Origin: Blastocatellia bacterium
Lineage (GTDB): Bacteria; Acidobacteriota; Blastocatellia; UBA7656
DNA length: 64,000 bases
Reading direction: 5' to 3'
Assembly: GCA_963765495.1 (NCBI GenBank)
Contig: CAVXWP010000009.1
Span: forward strand, 96,001 to 160,000
In this document: positions 62,937-64,000 of the stretch, one piece after another
Layout of the letters: every line of letters starts with the position of its first letter
Numbering within the stretch: the first letter of the stretch is position 1
The notes under the pieces: generated by a model
Database searches by the model: none
Seen by the model: only the letters and a program-made list of their open reading frames with translations
What the model was told of the DNA's origin: nothing
Translations under genes and position numbers: made by a program

Positions 62937-64000
62937 TCATTTAGCTCCCGTGTTGGCCGCGCGATTTGCCTCTATCAGATTCTCGCTGTCCGAGGTGATA
63001 TCGATAAAGGCGTTCATCATCTCTTCCCAGGTCTGTTCGCCGAACCTGACTTCACGAGATGGATCGGGATTGCGCGGATTGTTTGTCGAGTTGTCATAAT
63101 GCGCTACGGCCTCTATGCGCGTCCCCTTTGGCATGGCCAGAGGTCTGACCGGGTAATAATAGACCTGCCAGTTGAAGTTGTATCGCGGGATCGCGAGCAG
63201 CACTTCGGAGCGCCCGTCCGGGTAGATGGCCCGGTAGGTGATGTCTTTGCCGCGCAGGTGCATATGCGGCATAAGGCTTATGATATGCGAATCCTCATCG
63301 AATTCATAGACGGCCTTCACTTCAAAGTTAGCCGCGCCCGGCGGGATTACGAACCCCACATCGAAGGCCGCGGTTGTTGTGATGACTTTCTTCACCGGAG
63401 CCTTTGAAAATATCAATCCGACCATCGAGCGGTCTTTAGCCGCAGTGCCGGTCGGCGTGTAGTGCAGCTGAAATATGAGGTCGGAGCCCGCCTTGATCAA
63501 CTTGGCCGTTCCCGGCTGGGCCTTGAAGGGAGTTTGCCCCGGCGAGAGCGCCCCGAGAAGCCCCGTGCCGATGTCTCGCTTCCTGGCCTTTTGCTCGCCC
63601 GGCTCGCGCACATAAATGACGATGTGATGAACCACAGAGAGGTTTCCGGCCCGCGCTTCCATCGCCTCGATGTACCGATCTTCTTTGAAATTTGTAGGCA
63701 CTGTGAAGTATTGATAAGGCACTTCGCCTTCGGCGGGCACTTCAAACTCGGCTGGCATCTGAAAAATGATGTCGGGGTTGCCGATCTGCCATCCGGTGGC
63801 AAAGGTCGGAGGGGGAGTCAAATCCTTCGCCTGGCCTTCTTTTGCTCCCTGATCCACCCAGGCCGCGATTGTGTCAATCTCTTCCCTGGTCATCCGCCGG
63901 TCGTTTGTCCACTCGCCGTGCTGAGGGTCCGCGTGCCAGGGCGGCATCTCGCGAGTAACCACTTTTTCGCGGATGGCCTTTGCCCACGGTCTTACTTCTT
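62937..64000 (-). CDS. Copper type II monooxygenase-like / cytochrome c-associated protein (5' end outside the window)
   Basis: 'MPPWHAD', 'VVHHI', 'FQLHYTP', 'PHMHLRGK', 'YNFNWQ..Y', 'GEQTWEEMM'. Confidence 0.85.
   Translation of the reverse strand, partial: EVRPWAKAIREKVVTREMPPWHADPQHGEWTNDRRMTREEIDTIAAWVDQGAKEGQAKDLTPPPTFATGWQIGNPDIIFQMPAEFEVPAEGEVPYQYFTVPTNFKEDRYIEAMEARAGNLSVVHHIVIYVREPGEQKARKRDIGTGLLGALSPGQTPFKAQPGTAKLIKAGSDLIFQLHYTPTGTAAKDRSMVGLIFSKAPVKKVITTTAAFDVGFVIPPGAANFEVKAVYEFDEDSHIISLMPHMHLRGKDITYRAIYPDGRSEVLLAIPRYNFNWQVYYYPVRPLAMPKGTRIEAVAHYDNSTNNPRNPDPSREVRFGEQTWEEMMNAFIDITSDSENLIEANRAANTGAK

Overview
A 64 kb GC-rich bacterial chromosomal window of mostly housekeeping and accessory genes. 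Gene content and protein families suggest Acidobacteriota (Blastocatellia-like), which is my inference. It opens inside a giant secreted teneurin-like NHL/YD-RHS protein. It then carries coaA, an ATP-grasp/Zn-peptidase pair, carD, Lrp-EamA, an L,D-transpeptidase, an S8 protease, a RomR-like regulator-valS-nadC-birA block, an RlmD-like methyltransferase, a ClpP-like protease, a DacB-type carboxypeptidase, NfeD/SPFH, a penicillin acylase, mgtE, tpx and pgi. I saw no rRNA, tRNA, CRISPR array or transposase. Four things are not explained by the gene calls. (i) Many intergenic gaps hold miniature inverted-repeat elements whose arms are tandem 7-mers or 9-mers; there are at least 8 unit types, and three copies of one type share a homologous core. 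(ii) A 156-bp MITE with perfect 17-bp TIRs and a 10-bp target duplication carries a GTAG-type REP doublet. (iii) A TPR-like protein ends in a RAPP ribosome-arrest-like motif, upstream of a structured spacer and an orphan gene. (iv) Several signalling proteins are degenerate (a His-less, ATPase-less kinase and an Asp-less receiver). All functional calls come from motif recognition by eye, without database searches.
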